Positions 1 through 9,849 are shown, counted from the stretch's first letter. The stretch: 64,000 bases of DNA from Nitrosopumilus sp. (GCA_965207445.1 CBDBLX010000002.1:2167849-2231848), one strand, 5' to 3'. A program made the numbers and translations. Notes: generated by a model from the sequence alone, not told the origin.

Positions 1-579
1 AAATACCCTAAATGGTTGATGTATTGCAGCAGTCTCAGGGGCAAATACAAGTATGTTAACATGGCGCTCTACAGGCACATCAAGCAGATCAGTAGTTGAT
101 GTGAACCGTACATCAATAGCATAAGATGCACCTCTTTGAGTAGTACTCAGTATCTCAACTACATATGTGCCATATGAAAACGTAGGTGTAGGTTCAGGCC
201 ATATTAACAGATCATGGTTAAAGGAGCCATCAGAATCAGTAGTAATTTGATCAAATTTTGCGATCGAGCCATCAGGTGCAAATAAACGAGCAATCAGAGT
301 TTCTTCTGGAAGTGCACTCCCATATACTTGAAGTTTATGATCAGTAGCAAATACCTTGCCATTAGTATTGACATCTAGTTGAATATCATTAGGTAGTGCA
401 TGTTGAGCATATGCATTATGAAAAGTCAAACTATTATCAACAAAAATAGAATCTGATGTAAAAACAGAATTTAATGTAGAGTCAAGATATTCAGGGGTGT
501 AGGCGCATACGGTAAAAAGTATCAAAGTGCAAATAACTGTACATGAGATATACCGCATCCCAATGACATGATGTTGCAT
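1..579 (-). CDS. Exported hypothetical protein, 5' part only (runs off window start)
   Basis: Hand translation from ATG at 579: MQHHVIGMRYISCTVICTLILFTVCAY... open to position 1; hydrophobic N-terminus; not in the ORF track. Confidence 0.7.
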   Translation of the reverse strand, partial: MQHHVIGMRYISCTVICTLILFTVCAYTPEYLDSTLNSVFTSDSIFVDNSLTFHNAYAQHALPNDIQLDVNTNGKVFATDHKLQVYGSALPEETLIARLFAPDGSIAKFDQITTDSDGSFNHDLLIWPEPTPTFSYGTYVVEILSTTQRGASYAIDVRFTSTTDLLDVPVERHVNILVFAPETAAIHQPFRVF

Positions 580-645
580 AATGATAGTCACGTTAAATGC
601 CTTATAGATATTGTTTCTTGATTGTTAAATAGAAAATGGTTTGCA

Positions 646-828
646 TTAACGTTTACGTCTTCTCTGTCCAGGCTTGTTTTGGCCAGGAAACCTTCCAAGT
701 ATAAATCGCTTTTTAAAGTTGCTCTTGTTGCGCAAACTAGAGTTTGTGCCTACAATCTTACGACCCTCAACTTTGGGTGTTTGACCTCTGACTTTACCTG
801 CTTTAGTAAGCGAACCGTGAGTTGCCAT
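646..828 (-). CDS. rps30e: 30S ribosomal protein S30e
   Basis: HGSLTKAGKVRGQTPKV signature. Confidence 0.97.
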   Translation of the reverse strand: MATHGSLTKAGKVRGQTPKVEGRKIVGTNSSLRNKSNFKKRFILGRFPGQNKPGQRRRKR

Positions 829-896
829 AATAATATGATAATTGTTATCAATTTATGTATTTGTATTTTCAATTTTTTTACTAGTGGTTGTATAAC

Positions 897-1133
897 ACAT
901 CATTATACATCATTGTATATCATTATACATCATTGTATATCATTATACATCATTGTATATCATTATACATCATTGTATATCATTATACATCATTGTATAT
1001 CATTATACATCATTGTATATCATTATACATCATTGTATATCATCATACATCATTGTATATCATTATACATCATTGTATATCATTATACATCATTGTATAT
1101 CATTATACATCATTGTATATCATTATACATCAT
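897..1133. repeat. Tandem array of about 11.5 x 20-bp unit CATTATACATCATTGTATAT
   Basis: Directly visible; one variant unit at 1041 (CATCATACAT). Confidence 0.98.
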
Positions 1134-1208
1134 CAAACCAAATTAAATGACCTAAAAGTACACATAAATTTAAGATCGTATATAGTCTAAAACCACAAAA
1201 TGAGACAA

Positions 1209-2933
1209 TTACCAATACTGTGCCTTTATCTTTTCAATTACACGCTCGTGCTCACTACTCTTTTTGCGCGCATACCTCTCCATAGCACCCAATGGTACGC
1301 CACCAAGTGACCTTGCAAGCATGTTGAAAAAGTATCTCTGTGGTCCTGCAGAACCAGTCTTGTTCATGAACTTTTGTATACCGTACTTGAAGTTATGCTG
1401 CCATGTCTTGTACAAGACACCCAACTGTGCAGGTAACATCTCGTTTCCAATATTAAAAAAGTCAGACTTTTCAAGCAAACCTATCGGGACAAATGTAAGA
1501 GCAGTAGTTGTGAACATAGAGTGAGGTTGTTCGTGCTCAAGTTCACACAACAACTCTATAGTCTCCCACGAATCTTCAGGAGTTTCATCATTATCCAATC
1601 CCATTATCAAAGTAAATGCAGGAACCCAATAGTGTTCGTTGAGTGTCTTTACACCCTCCTTTACAACCCAGTGCCATTCTGATGGTGAATATGGAGCAAG
1701 TTTTCTGTCAGCATACTTGTCGATCAGTCGTAGGCTACCAGTCTCAAAGCCAGCTTGAACACCAATCATGTTATCAGGACCTGCTTTGATAATTTTTGAG
1801 AGATTTGGAATAAGTCGCTCATCTGCAATAGCTCCTGCAAGTGTACCATGTGTTGGGTTTGTGTGTGGAACACCAGTTGACATTACAGCAGTGAATAACT
1901 CTTCTAGAGCCTCGCGGTTAGGTTCCATTCCCTTTGCGGTACGAGGATCCATTCCATACACAAATATATCATCACTATGAATCCATGCGGAGTTTGCATT
2001 TCCTTTTTTCATGTTAATCTCGATCTCTTTTTTGACTTTTTCAGGAGGGTAATACCGCAATGATCTCAAAGTAACATCACAGAATTTACACCCACGTCCA
2101 CAACCACGCATTACCTCTACCATACCATGCATACTAGGCTCCACTATGTCAGGTATCTCATCAATATCAGGCCTGTCCCAAAAATTCACAAATCTACCAT
2201 AGAGTTTTTTACCATTTCGCTCAAATTCTTTTATATTCACTTTAAAGTCACTACGTTTTCTAAAAGGATCCATATTCTCAAATTCATCATTTAGTAAATA
2301 GTTAAAAAAGCGACCCGCATGTCCATCAATCTCAGGTGCAATACCGCCAAGTTCGCCTTCCAATATTGCATATATTCCAAACTCTTCAATCTTTTCAGGA
2401 TCATAGTTATACTGCCATGTACCAGATGCTCCAGAGATCACCTTTGCTTTTGAACCGGTCTTTTCTTTTGCAATCTTTATGCGTTGATGCAGCTCTGCAT
2501 TATAATACTCATCATAAGAAGTCTGTTTGCGTCCATATGTGAACGTCATCGTGACAGGTCCCATACCAAGAGGATCCATCTCATATGTGCCAATTGCAAG
2601 AGTCTCAGGTCCAATAAACTTTTCTATATGATCAGGATGTGCCACAACAACATCTTCTCTTGCAAAACCATCCCTGAGTAGTCCTGCCTCTAGTTTTCTG
2701 AGTCCATATGGTGCATAATCAGCAACACCATTTGTATGAGATATGTAATTGCATATAAAATCAAATAGTATCTTTGGAGTTACTTGTCTTCCCATTATCT
2801 TGTATAACAGACTTTTTTTGTCTCTGTGTGGGTCCAATGCAGGCGCACAGCCAAAAAAAGAGGCAAGTGATAATCCCCTATATGGAGACATCAAGGTACG
2901 ATCCGCTGTGAGTACTATCTTTGGAGTAGGCAT
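1209..2933 (-). CDS. B12-binding radical SAM protein, GDGT ring synthase (Grs)-like family
   Basis: CGRGCKFC cluster motif; IVLTADRTLMS, APYGLRKLEA and DPLGMGP blocks recalled from Grs-type enzymes. Confidence 0.75.
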   Translation of the reverse strand: MPTPKIVLTADRTLMSPYRGLSLASFFGCAPALDPHRDKKSLLYKIMGRQVTPKILFDFICNYISHTNGVADYAPYGLRKLEAGLLRDGFAREDVVVAHPDHIEKFIGPETLAIGTYEMDPLGMGPVTMTFTYGRKQTSYDEYYNAELHQRIKIAKEKTGSKAKVISGASGTWQYNYDPEKIEEFGIYAILEGELGGIAPEIDGHAGRFFNYLLNDEFENMDPFRKRSDFKVNIKEFERNGKKLYGRFVNFWDRPDIDEIPDIVEPSMHGMVEVMRGCGRGCKFCDVTLRSLRYYPPEKVKKEIEINMKKGNANSAWIHSDDIFVYGMDPRTAKGMEPNREALEELFTAVMSTGVPHTNPTHGTLAGAIADERLIPNLSKIIKAGPDNMIGVQAGFETGSLRLIDKYADRKLAPYSPSEWHWVVKEGVKTLNEHYWVPAFTLIMGLDNDETPEDSWETIELLCELEHEQPHSMFTTTALTFVPIGLLEKSDFFNIGNEMLPAQLGVLYKTWQHNFKYGIQKFMNKTGSAGPQRYFFNMLARSLGGVPLGAMERYARKKSSEHERVIEKIKAQYW

Positions 2934-3088
2934 ATTTTAGTTTTATAGCCCAAATTATTGATTTTAAACCTTGCTTATTTGCCAATTTAGAGGACATTAT
3001 AGCAATCAGACCCCAAATCTAGGCATGATTTTCTCAGTTGACACTAAAGACACAAACCTAATGTTTGTAAGAAATGCCAAATATGAGA

Positions 3089-3931
3089 TTACCAGTTTTT
3101 TACAACACCAGATTTATCTCTGTATGTGTTCCCAAACTCAGGATTTGTAAGTAGGTAGGATGCATCAAATACAGTACCATCACGACACACTATATCAGAA
3201 CCGGCAACACAGCTCCCACACAAACCAACACCACACTTCATCATACGCTCAAGGCTAGCTTGCGCAAACACACCGTTTTGATGTGCAGTGTACATTATCT
3301 TATACATCATAATTTCAGGCCCACATGTATACACAGCATCAAAATGTTCACTAGATTTCAGAAATGCATCATCAACCACATCAGTTACTCTTCCTCGTAT
3401 ACCATATGAGCCATCATCAGTAGATATCACAATACGACTATTCTCAGGATGTTTTGATAGCATATCAGATGCAATATCATCAAAGAATATCTCAGATTTT
3501 GTTTGAGAGCCCATCATCAGTGTAATCTGATTTTTTGGATCAGAGTAAGACAAGAGTCGCATCAAAGGTACAAGTCCTGTACCACCTCCAACTAAAAGTA
3601 GATGGCCATTGCGTACATCAAAAGATCTACCATATGGACCACGAACTGCGATCTGCTCACCTTTTTTCACATTATACAATGCAGTAGATGCAGGGCCATG
3701 TCGTCTCACTGTAAATGCAGGACGTCCATCTCGCGCAATCATAACACTCATTGGCAGTTCATATGCCCTCGGCACCCATACCATTGCAAACTGGCCTGGT
3801 AGGGCATCTTGCATATAATCATCAGAGAACACTAGTGTCCGTACAGTTGGAGTCTCATCTATTACATCCTCTATAGTCACTACAAATGGATGATTATGGA
3901 TATTACCTGACAATGCCAACCATCTCCCCAA
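3089..3931 (-). CDS. pyrK: Dihydroorotate dehydrogenase electron transfer subunit (start uncertain)
   Basis: RGPYG, GGGTG, CGP and CGVGLCGSC [2Fe-2S] motifs; overlaps pyrD. Confidence 0.93.
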   Translation of the reverse strand: MGRWLALSGNIHNHPFVVTIEDVIDETPTVRTLVFSDDYMQDALPGQFAMVWVPRAYELPMSVMIARDGRPAFTVRRHGPASTALYNVKKGEQIAVRGPYGRSFDVRNGHLLLVGGGTGLVPLMRLLSYSDPKNQITLMMGSQTKSEIFFDDIASDMLSKHPENSRIVISTDDGSYGIRGRVTDVVDDAFLKSSEHFDAVYTCGPEIMMYKIMYTAHQNGVFAQASLERMMKCGVGLCGSCVAGSDIVCRDGTVFDASYLLTNPEFGNTYRDKSGVVKNW

Positions 3932-4946
3932 TACTGGATATTTCCTTGCGCTTCATATATGATATTATTCCATTATTTATCTCATTGAACAGTGAGATGT
4001 TAATCGAGTTGTCACTACTATTATGGCGGCCATGACTACCATCAGCATTACCAATACCATTACCAATACCATTACCAATACCATTACCAATACCATTACC
4101 ATGATTACCAATACCAGAACCTGCATTACCAGACGTATAACCAAGTGCACTTCCAACCTGCACAGCAGAAGCACCTGCTAGTATGAACTCTACTGCATCC
4201 TCCCATGTAGACACTCCACCACACCCAATTATTGGAACATCATATTTAACTGCAATCTCAAATACACATCGCAGTGCAACAGGTTTGATTGGAGTCCCCG
4301 ACAATCCTCCAAACGTGTGACTCAAAATAGGAATCTGCATCTCTGCATTTATTGCAATGGCACGTATTGTGTTTATAGCAGTAATAGCATCTACACCTGC
4401 ATCAATAGACGCACGTACAGTATCAAGATAATTAGACGATCCCAATCCGACCTTTACTATCACGGGAGTCTTAGGAGATGCTCTTTTTGTGGCACGAACT
4501 ATCTGAGCTACTAATTCAGGATCATCACCCACCTCAAGTCCTACCTTTTCAACATGAGGACAAGACATGTTAAGCTCATATGCAGTTATTGCACAATCAG
4601 AGAACTCAGATATCATGTCCTCAAATTCTGTAGGAGTAGATCCTACTAAACTCACAATGATTGGTACATCATTGTGACTAGTTTTGATCATGGATGCAAA
4701 GTTTCGTGCTCCAGGATTTGACAAGCCTACTGCATTTATCCATCCATTTGATTCAAGGGGTATGACTGTTGGATTCGGATACCCTTGCCACGGCTCACGA
4801 CTCAAAGACTTTGATACTACAGCACCTGCACCTGCATTGTATAATCGCTCAAACACATCCAAGGAAATTCCCAATATTCCAGATGCAAGCATGGTAGGTC
4901 TCTTTAGTTTTATTGGTCCTATTGTAGTTTTTAAAATATCATCCAC
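3903..4946 (-). CDS. pyrD: Dihydroorotate dehydrogenase family 1B catalytic subunit, with a (GNGI)n insertion near the C-terminus
   Basis: ASG, NAVGLSNPG, ELNMSCPH, GGLSG and GCGGV motifs; probable GTG start at 4946. Confidence 0.93.
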   Translation of the reverse strand: MDDILKTTIGPIKLKRPTMLASGILGISLDVFERLYNAGAGAVVSKSLSREPWQGYPNPTVIPLESNGWINAVGLSNPGARNFASMIKTSHNDVPIIVSLVGSTPTEFEDMISEFSDCAITAYELNMSCPHVEKVGLEVGDDPELVAQIVRATKRASPKTPVIVKVGLGSSNYLDTVRASIDAGVDAITAINTIRAIAINAEMQIPILSHTFGGLSGTPIKPVALRCVFEIAVKYDVPIIGCGGVSTWEDAVEFILAGASAVQVGSALGYTSGNAGSGIGNHGNGIGNGIGNGIGNGIGNADGSHGRHNSSDNSINISLFNEINNGIISYMKRKEISSIGEMVGIVR

Positions 4947-5172
4947 AATTATATGAAAAAGTTGTTGTGATATAATAGTAATTAATTTTGTAACTATTTT
5001 GCTTTTTAAAGTGCACGCATGTAACCGTTCAACCTCCTTTTTGCTCCCGTGCACAACATCTGCACCCGTGTGCATTTAACACAGTCAAAAATAGTCGGCG
5101 ATCGGTCTTTTGAGTTTGTACAGACAAACTTTTGTGAAATAGATTGGTATAAATTTTTGGTATGGTGTCATC

Positions 5173-5253
5173 GTAACCGTTCAACCCTTTCCCAAATTTA
5201 GGCACAAATTCACCGCCTAACGTCTGGCGCAGGTACGGGGGTTGAACGGTTAC
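5173..5253. mobile_element. 81-bp MITE with GTAACCGTTCAACC TIRs
   Basis: Perfect 14-bp TIRs; flanking 9-bp duplication GGTGTCATC (5164-5172, 5254-5262); related ends at 5021 and 38143-38198. Confidence 0.85.
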
Positions 5254-5262
5254 GGTGTCATC

Positions 5263-5864
5263 GTAACTGTTCGTTATTTGACATTCCAATCGTGGTGGAC
5301 GGATACGCCGCATACAACAAATTCAAAACCAAACAGCGCTACCACTGGGCGCATGTTTTGCGCGATGCCGAACTGCTGGCAGACCATGCATGGCGGCAAT
5401 CTCGTAGAATTGCACAGAAAACTCCAGCACATATTTCATGAGGCCAAACAGCTACTACCAGACACCACAGATCAATAACAACAACAACTGCAAGACAACT
5501 GGATAGATGTCGTCATGGCAATTGCAGGCACATATACAGAACTAGGAACACTCGTTTGGTGGCAAACCACATAATGCGACGCTAGACCTGTTTGCATTTG
5601 TCAAATATCCGGTCATACCACCTACCAACAACAAATCCGAACGAACACTGCGGTGGCGCGTCGTGATTCACAAAAAGATTCGTCAGATGTTTCAGTGCAA
5701 CAGGAATGGAAGTTTATGGCATATTGATGACACTGTATGATCAGGGCAAGGATCTTGTAAAGAATATCCATGACACCATCATGGCAAGCTAAATCATTCA
5801 CCAAACTTCATCGCATAGCGGCAGATGTGTGTTGAGGTGTACAGGTAGGGGGTTTAACTGTTAC
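5263..5864 (+). pseudogene. IS66-family transposase remnant with GTAAC...GTTAC ends
   Basis: Frameshifted fragments read HWAHVLRDAE and FVKYPVIPPTNNKSERTLRWRVVIHKKIRQMF, typical IS66 TnpC motifs. Confidence 0.75.
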
Positions 5865-5872
5865 CTTCATCT

Positions 5873-6965
5873 TAGCATGTTGCATAATTCGTAAATTTAT
5901 ACTCCTCTGGAGTCGTGGCCATGTGATCTGAGCCGCGCAACCTACGTTACACGATTCGAAGCCATTTAAATGCCCTGCGAAAGGCATTACCACATACAAG
6001 CCAACCCTCATGTAAAATACAAACTTTTATTTTAAAACCAACTTGAATTCTTACCCAAACCTTTAAAAGTCTCATATGTTTACATATCATATGGATATAG
6101 AATCATTCAAGAATGAATTAATCAGTATACGCGATGCACTTGACACCACAAAACCACTTACAGATGAAGAAGCAGCAGACCTTGCTGAACGCATTGCAAA
6201 TTTATAGTGGTCTAAATGAATGTTACCGAAGCCAAAACAGAATTAGAGTATTATTTAAATGAATTAAAAAAATTCTGGGAGTTATCTTATAGGTGGGTCA
6301 TCTCCCAACCCAAAAATAGTGGAATATCTCAATCGTATTATTGAACTAATTGATGAATGGGGTGTGGTGTTATTCCAATGATTGTAAAGTATGTCGATCT
6401 AACATCTTTATGTATAATAACAAGTATTCTTATACTAAGCTATACAGATACCGAACTTTATGAAATATATGCATTTGTAAGCATCTCAACTTTGGGTGCA
6501 TGGGCATTTTGCATGGTTATGACAGGTGCACCTGCTCGTTGGGGTTCAATAATGTCAAATAAATTGGCCTTGGTTGGTTTAACAATTTATAATATTTTAC
6601 TCGCCTTTATTAGTATTGGTGGAATCATACCTGTTTTAGGAATGCAATTTTATGATATTATCCCACTAGTTATAGGAGCAAATATTAGCGTGTTTCGTGT
6701 ACTAGTGCCAATGTGTGTATTATTAGTAAATAAAATACATAAGACAAAGATATTAAATATTTAAGATTTTATAAACGCCACAAGCAGGCCGTGCTTCCAA
6801 GCCTACAAAGTGTACGCGCAAAACATGGTGTGGTAGACGCCTTGGTATTTTATGAGTACATACGCATATCTCCATATTCGTATTTAATCTATACAATGAA
6901 GCCTGCTGAATCATATTGCAACGGTGTCGTCCTACAGGATGCGCATCGAGTTATGCAACACGCTA
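5873..6965. mobile_element. Transposase-less passenger cassette (MIC-like) with 19-bp TIRs
   Basis: TAGCATGTTGCATAATTCG ... CGAGTTATGCAACACGCTA; 8-bp duplication CTTCATCT at 5865-5872 and 6966-6973; left ~100 bp recurs at 55485-55587. Confidence 0.85.
6378..6764 (+). CDS. Small multi-pass membrane protein (about 4 TM), passenger of the cassette
   Basis: Four hydrophobic segments in the 6357-6764 ORF; start placed at MIVKYV. Confidence 0.6.
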   Translation: MIVKYVDLTSLCIITSILILSYTDTELYEIYAFVSISTLGAWAFCMVMTGAPARWGSIMSNKLALVGLTIYNILLAFISIGGIIPVLGMQFYDIIPLVIGANISVFRVLVPMCVLLVNKIHKTKILNI

Positions 6966-7012
6966 CTTCATCTTTTATAAAATTTTATATATATTTTTGA
7001 CTACCGATAAGT

Positions 7013-7747
7013 ATGAATAAAAAAGCTAGTAAGTCATGCAAGGCACTTTTAAAAAAGAGACCAAAAGAGGTGCAGGCAATAATTGTGTTTGGCTCACAAG
7101 CACGTGGGGATGAGCGTCTAGGTAGTGACCTTGATATTCTTTGTATCGTGGAAAATAAGTTAGGGTATGAAAAATGGATAAAATTGCATGGTCATATTGC
7201 AAGAATGTTATCATGTGATGGCGGTATAGATGATGCAACCACATTTATTGATGGATGGAAAGAAGTACAAAACATGTGTAATATTTATGATGCAGAGCAT
7301 TATAATATAGTCCGCGAAGGTATTGTAATTTATGGTGATATAAATAAACTACAAATTAACAAAAAAATTGATTATGCAAAAAGTGTAAAATATTGGCTTG
7401 AGCAAGCCGATAAAAATATATCAAAATTCAAATCAGAAATAAAACACAAACAACCTTCGTGGGGCATGTATTCCTATGGATGTATTGGAGATATACTGCG
7501 TGCAGTTATGCTTGCTAAACACATACAAATTCAATTTACACGAAATATCGTAGAATATGCTCATGCGCTAAATCTCCCAGATATTGATAAAATTATAAAA
7601 TTTGCAGATTGGTACACCTCTTGCAGATTGCAAAAAAATTATCAAGATACAACATTGTTAAACAAAACCCAAATTACAAAATTAACACACCAAATTCATA
7701 AGTGGGGGCACAATCAAGTACTAGATGACACCCGTATCACCGTTTGA
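7013..7747 (+). CDS. Minimal nucleotidyltransferase (MNT) with a probable C-terminal HEPN-like helical domain
   Basis: VFGSQARGD..SDLD Pol-beta-type motif; VREGIVIY then WLEQADKNI resembling a HEPN start. Confidence 0.75.
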   Translation: MNKKASKSCKALLKKRPKEVQAIIVFGSQARGDERLGSDLDILCIVENKLGYEKWIKLHGHIARMLSCDGGIDDATTFIDGWKEVQNMCNIYDAEHYNIVREGIVIYGDINKLQINKKIDYAKSVKYWLEQADKNISKFKSEIKHKQPSWGMYSYGCIGDILRAVMLAKHIQIQFTRNIVEYAHALNLPDIDKIIKFADWYTSCRLQKNYQDTTLLNKTQITKLTHQIHKWGHNQVLDDTRITV

Positions 7748-8175
7748 GAATATAGACACATTACACACATGCGAAGATCTTGCTAACGTGTATCATCAGA
7801 TGAATAGTTGGTAATTTGAATACAAGCACCTATCAGATATTTGTCAAAAAAACAAAAGAAAAAATCAAAGAAAAAATGCAACGGCTCGGGTGCACAAACA
7901 TCCCAAACTAGTAACTATTTTACTTTTTGTAGTGCATATATAAAGTAAAAGATCATTTTATAATATCTTGTCAATTGGTATTGTGCAACCACCACTTGCA
8001 ATAATCGCAATCATCTTTGAGACATGCATTTTTGCATTTCGTGTATTTTTGTCACGAGTTTTTGAGCAGCACAACTATGCTCACTCCTGCAAATAATTGA
8101 CACTTGTAATTCCAGTCACACTGATCGCTTAAATCATGTTTGCGCGATGAACCAATATCGTTCCGGTCTATATTT

Positions 8176-8324
8176 GTGTGAACCAATCTCTATGATTGAT
8201 ATAATCATTTAAAAATAACTCCTAGTCAAATGAATTGTATGTACGATACTCGATATGCAGATAGGGATATGACCAAATACGAGTATGGCGTTTTATTATT
8301 GCGGCCAAAGAGCTTGCTTCACAC
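8176..8324 (+). repeat. About 148-bp GTGTGAACCAA-MITE copy
   Basis: TIRs and conserved interior CCTAG(C/T)CAAATG...GACCAAATAC. Confidence 0.9.
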
Positions 8325-8464
8325 AATAATCCCCTTTATATTTGATCAGTATTCTTTCATCTACTATTGCAATTACTCCAAATATAGACACACCTGCAAC
8401 TATTAAGATCATTGCCATAAACAAAGGCTTCATGCTTTCTTATTGCAGATTTTGAATTTACCTA

Positions 8465-8710
8465 TTATTCAAGATATTTCAAACAGTGATGATATACATG
8501 GTCACTATCTTTGATATAATCTAAATTTCCTATTATTGGACTTTTACTTGCTCTTTCTCCAAACCATTTTTCACAAAACCATTGTTCATTGATCTTTTGT
8601 GGGTCTGTTGTGTGTGGGTCTATTTGTAGTTCTATTACTTCTACTACCAATATGGCCAATAGTGTACATAGTATACCTACTAGAATAGACGTGTTGGTTT
8701 GTGGTTTCAT
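8465..8710 (-). CDS. Small membrane-anchored hypothetical protein
   Basis: 81-aa ORF with N-terminal TM helix and two Cys. Confidence 0.6.
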   Translation of the reverse strand: MKPQTNTSILVGILCTLLAILVVEVIELQIDPHTTDPQKINEQWFCEKWFGERASKSPIIGNLDYIKDSDHVYHHCLKYLE

Positions 8711-9353
8711 GTATATTGTTTATCGAGTTTTGCTTTAAACATATAGCGACGAGCATAAGTCCTTGTACACCAATTTTACACGATTTTATGCCTGAAAAGA
8801 TCATATGTAAAAATATTATATTTTTAAAAACGTTACATCTATTTTTAATATGAATAGAAACATTTCAGATGTGCATGCAACAAGTACCGTATGTGTAACA
8901 TACTAAAGAAATTAGTACTTTATACTTTACTGGTTTGTAATTGACAAATATACCGCGTTACCTCTGAAATCATTTTAGGGGTCTTTCTGTGTGAGAATTG
9001 ATATGTTACATAGATATATTAATTTAAATATGAAAAAAATATTATCGTAAAACCTAAAAATCTAAATTATTTTATTTATTCATACTCAAATTTTAAATGA
9101 ATATATCAGTCAGGGAGGTTGGTTCACACCCATATTTTATTCATCCTTAATGATAGATGAATGCGTTTTGATTTAACACCCCTAACGCTAAATTATTCAA
9201 GTGTTTGATCAAATTTTTCAAACTAAAATTATCATAGTATATAATCATAAAAATTTAAGTGTCTACTTCAAAAAGCAAAATAGTTACTTAATTTTTGAGA
9301 ATATTGCAAGTGTGCAAAATCACTAGTTAAACTATGTAAACATCAAATACAAC

Positions 9354-9502
9354 ATGTGAATCAATCTCCACGATTGACATGATCATTCGAAAATAAATCC
9401 TAGCCAAATGCATCACATGTACGATACTCAATATGCAAATAGAGATGTGACCAAATACAAGTATGCGATTTCATTATTGCATTCAAAGAGCTTGGTTCAC
9501 AC
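9354..9502 (+). repeat. About 148-bp GTGTGAACCAA-MITE copy
   Basis: Same TIR and interior as the other copies. Confidence 0.9.
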
Positions 9503-9546
9503 CTTAATTTTAACAGATTTTTATCGGGGCATGACAACGGCATCGA

Positions 9547-9712
9547 CTAGTGTATTTTGAACGTGTCTTTGAGTTTTTCTTTTACTGTGGGAATGTCAGA
9601 TAAGAGATCTTTCTCAACCCTGTCGAACATTTTGTAGTATCTTGTAGTTTTTCTGGAAACATTATCACCTTCCATGGAGTCATCTTTGATCTCTCTGATT
9701 TTTTGTAGGAAG
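9547..9712 (-). pseudogene. 3' remnant of the membrane-anchored paralog family (see 13754 and 16312)
   Basis: Hand translation FLQKIREIKDDSMEGDNVSRKTTRYYKMFDRVEKDLLSDIPTVKEKLKDTFKIH* aligns with the C-terminus of the 16312-16921 gene. Confidence 0.8.
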
Positions 9713-9849
9713 ATAATAGAATCAATTTTAATTTAAATATGTAATCTTTTTTTAAATAAATTCACATTATTTAAGTCCATATACAAATTTATTAATTCAA
9801 AAAAGCGATACAATATCAACCCCAATAGTATCTTTTTAAAGGACTCAAA

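Larger units (their letters stand above)
8176..9129. mobile_element. 954-bp composite cassette bounded by GTGTGAACCAA TIRs
   Basis: Outer TIRs at 8176 and 9129; flanks CTATATTT / CCATATTT (7/8 identical); joined flanks match an uninterrupted allele at 53170-53383 (reverse strand). Confidence 0.7.
4990..9287. mobile_element. Composite non-autonomous island bounded by IS66-type TIRs
   Basis: Left end GTAACTATTTTGCTTTTTAAAGT (4990); right end ACTTCAAAAAGCAAAATAGTTAC (ends 9287); 8-bp direct repeat TTAATTTT at 4982-4989 and 9288-9295. Confidence 0.72.

Noticed and set aside
897..1133. CRISPR array
   Set aside because: Units are contiguous with no unique spacers, and no cas genes are in the window.
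622..1190. ORFs with repeating HYTSLYIIIHHCISLYIIVY peptides
   Set aside because: They are translations of the 20-bp tandem array, which has no stops on the + strand; one also overlaps rps30e antisense.
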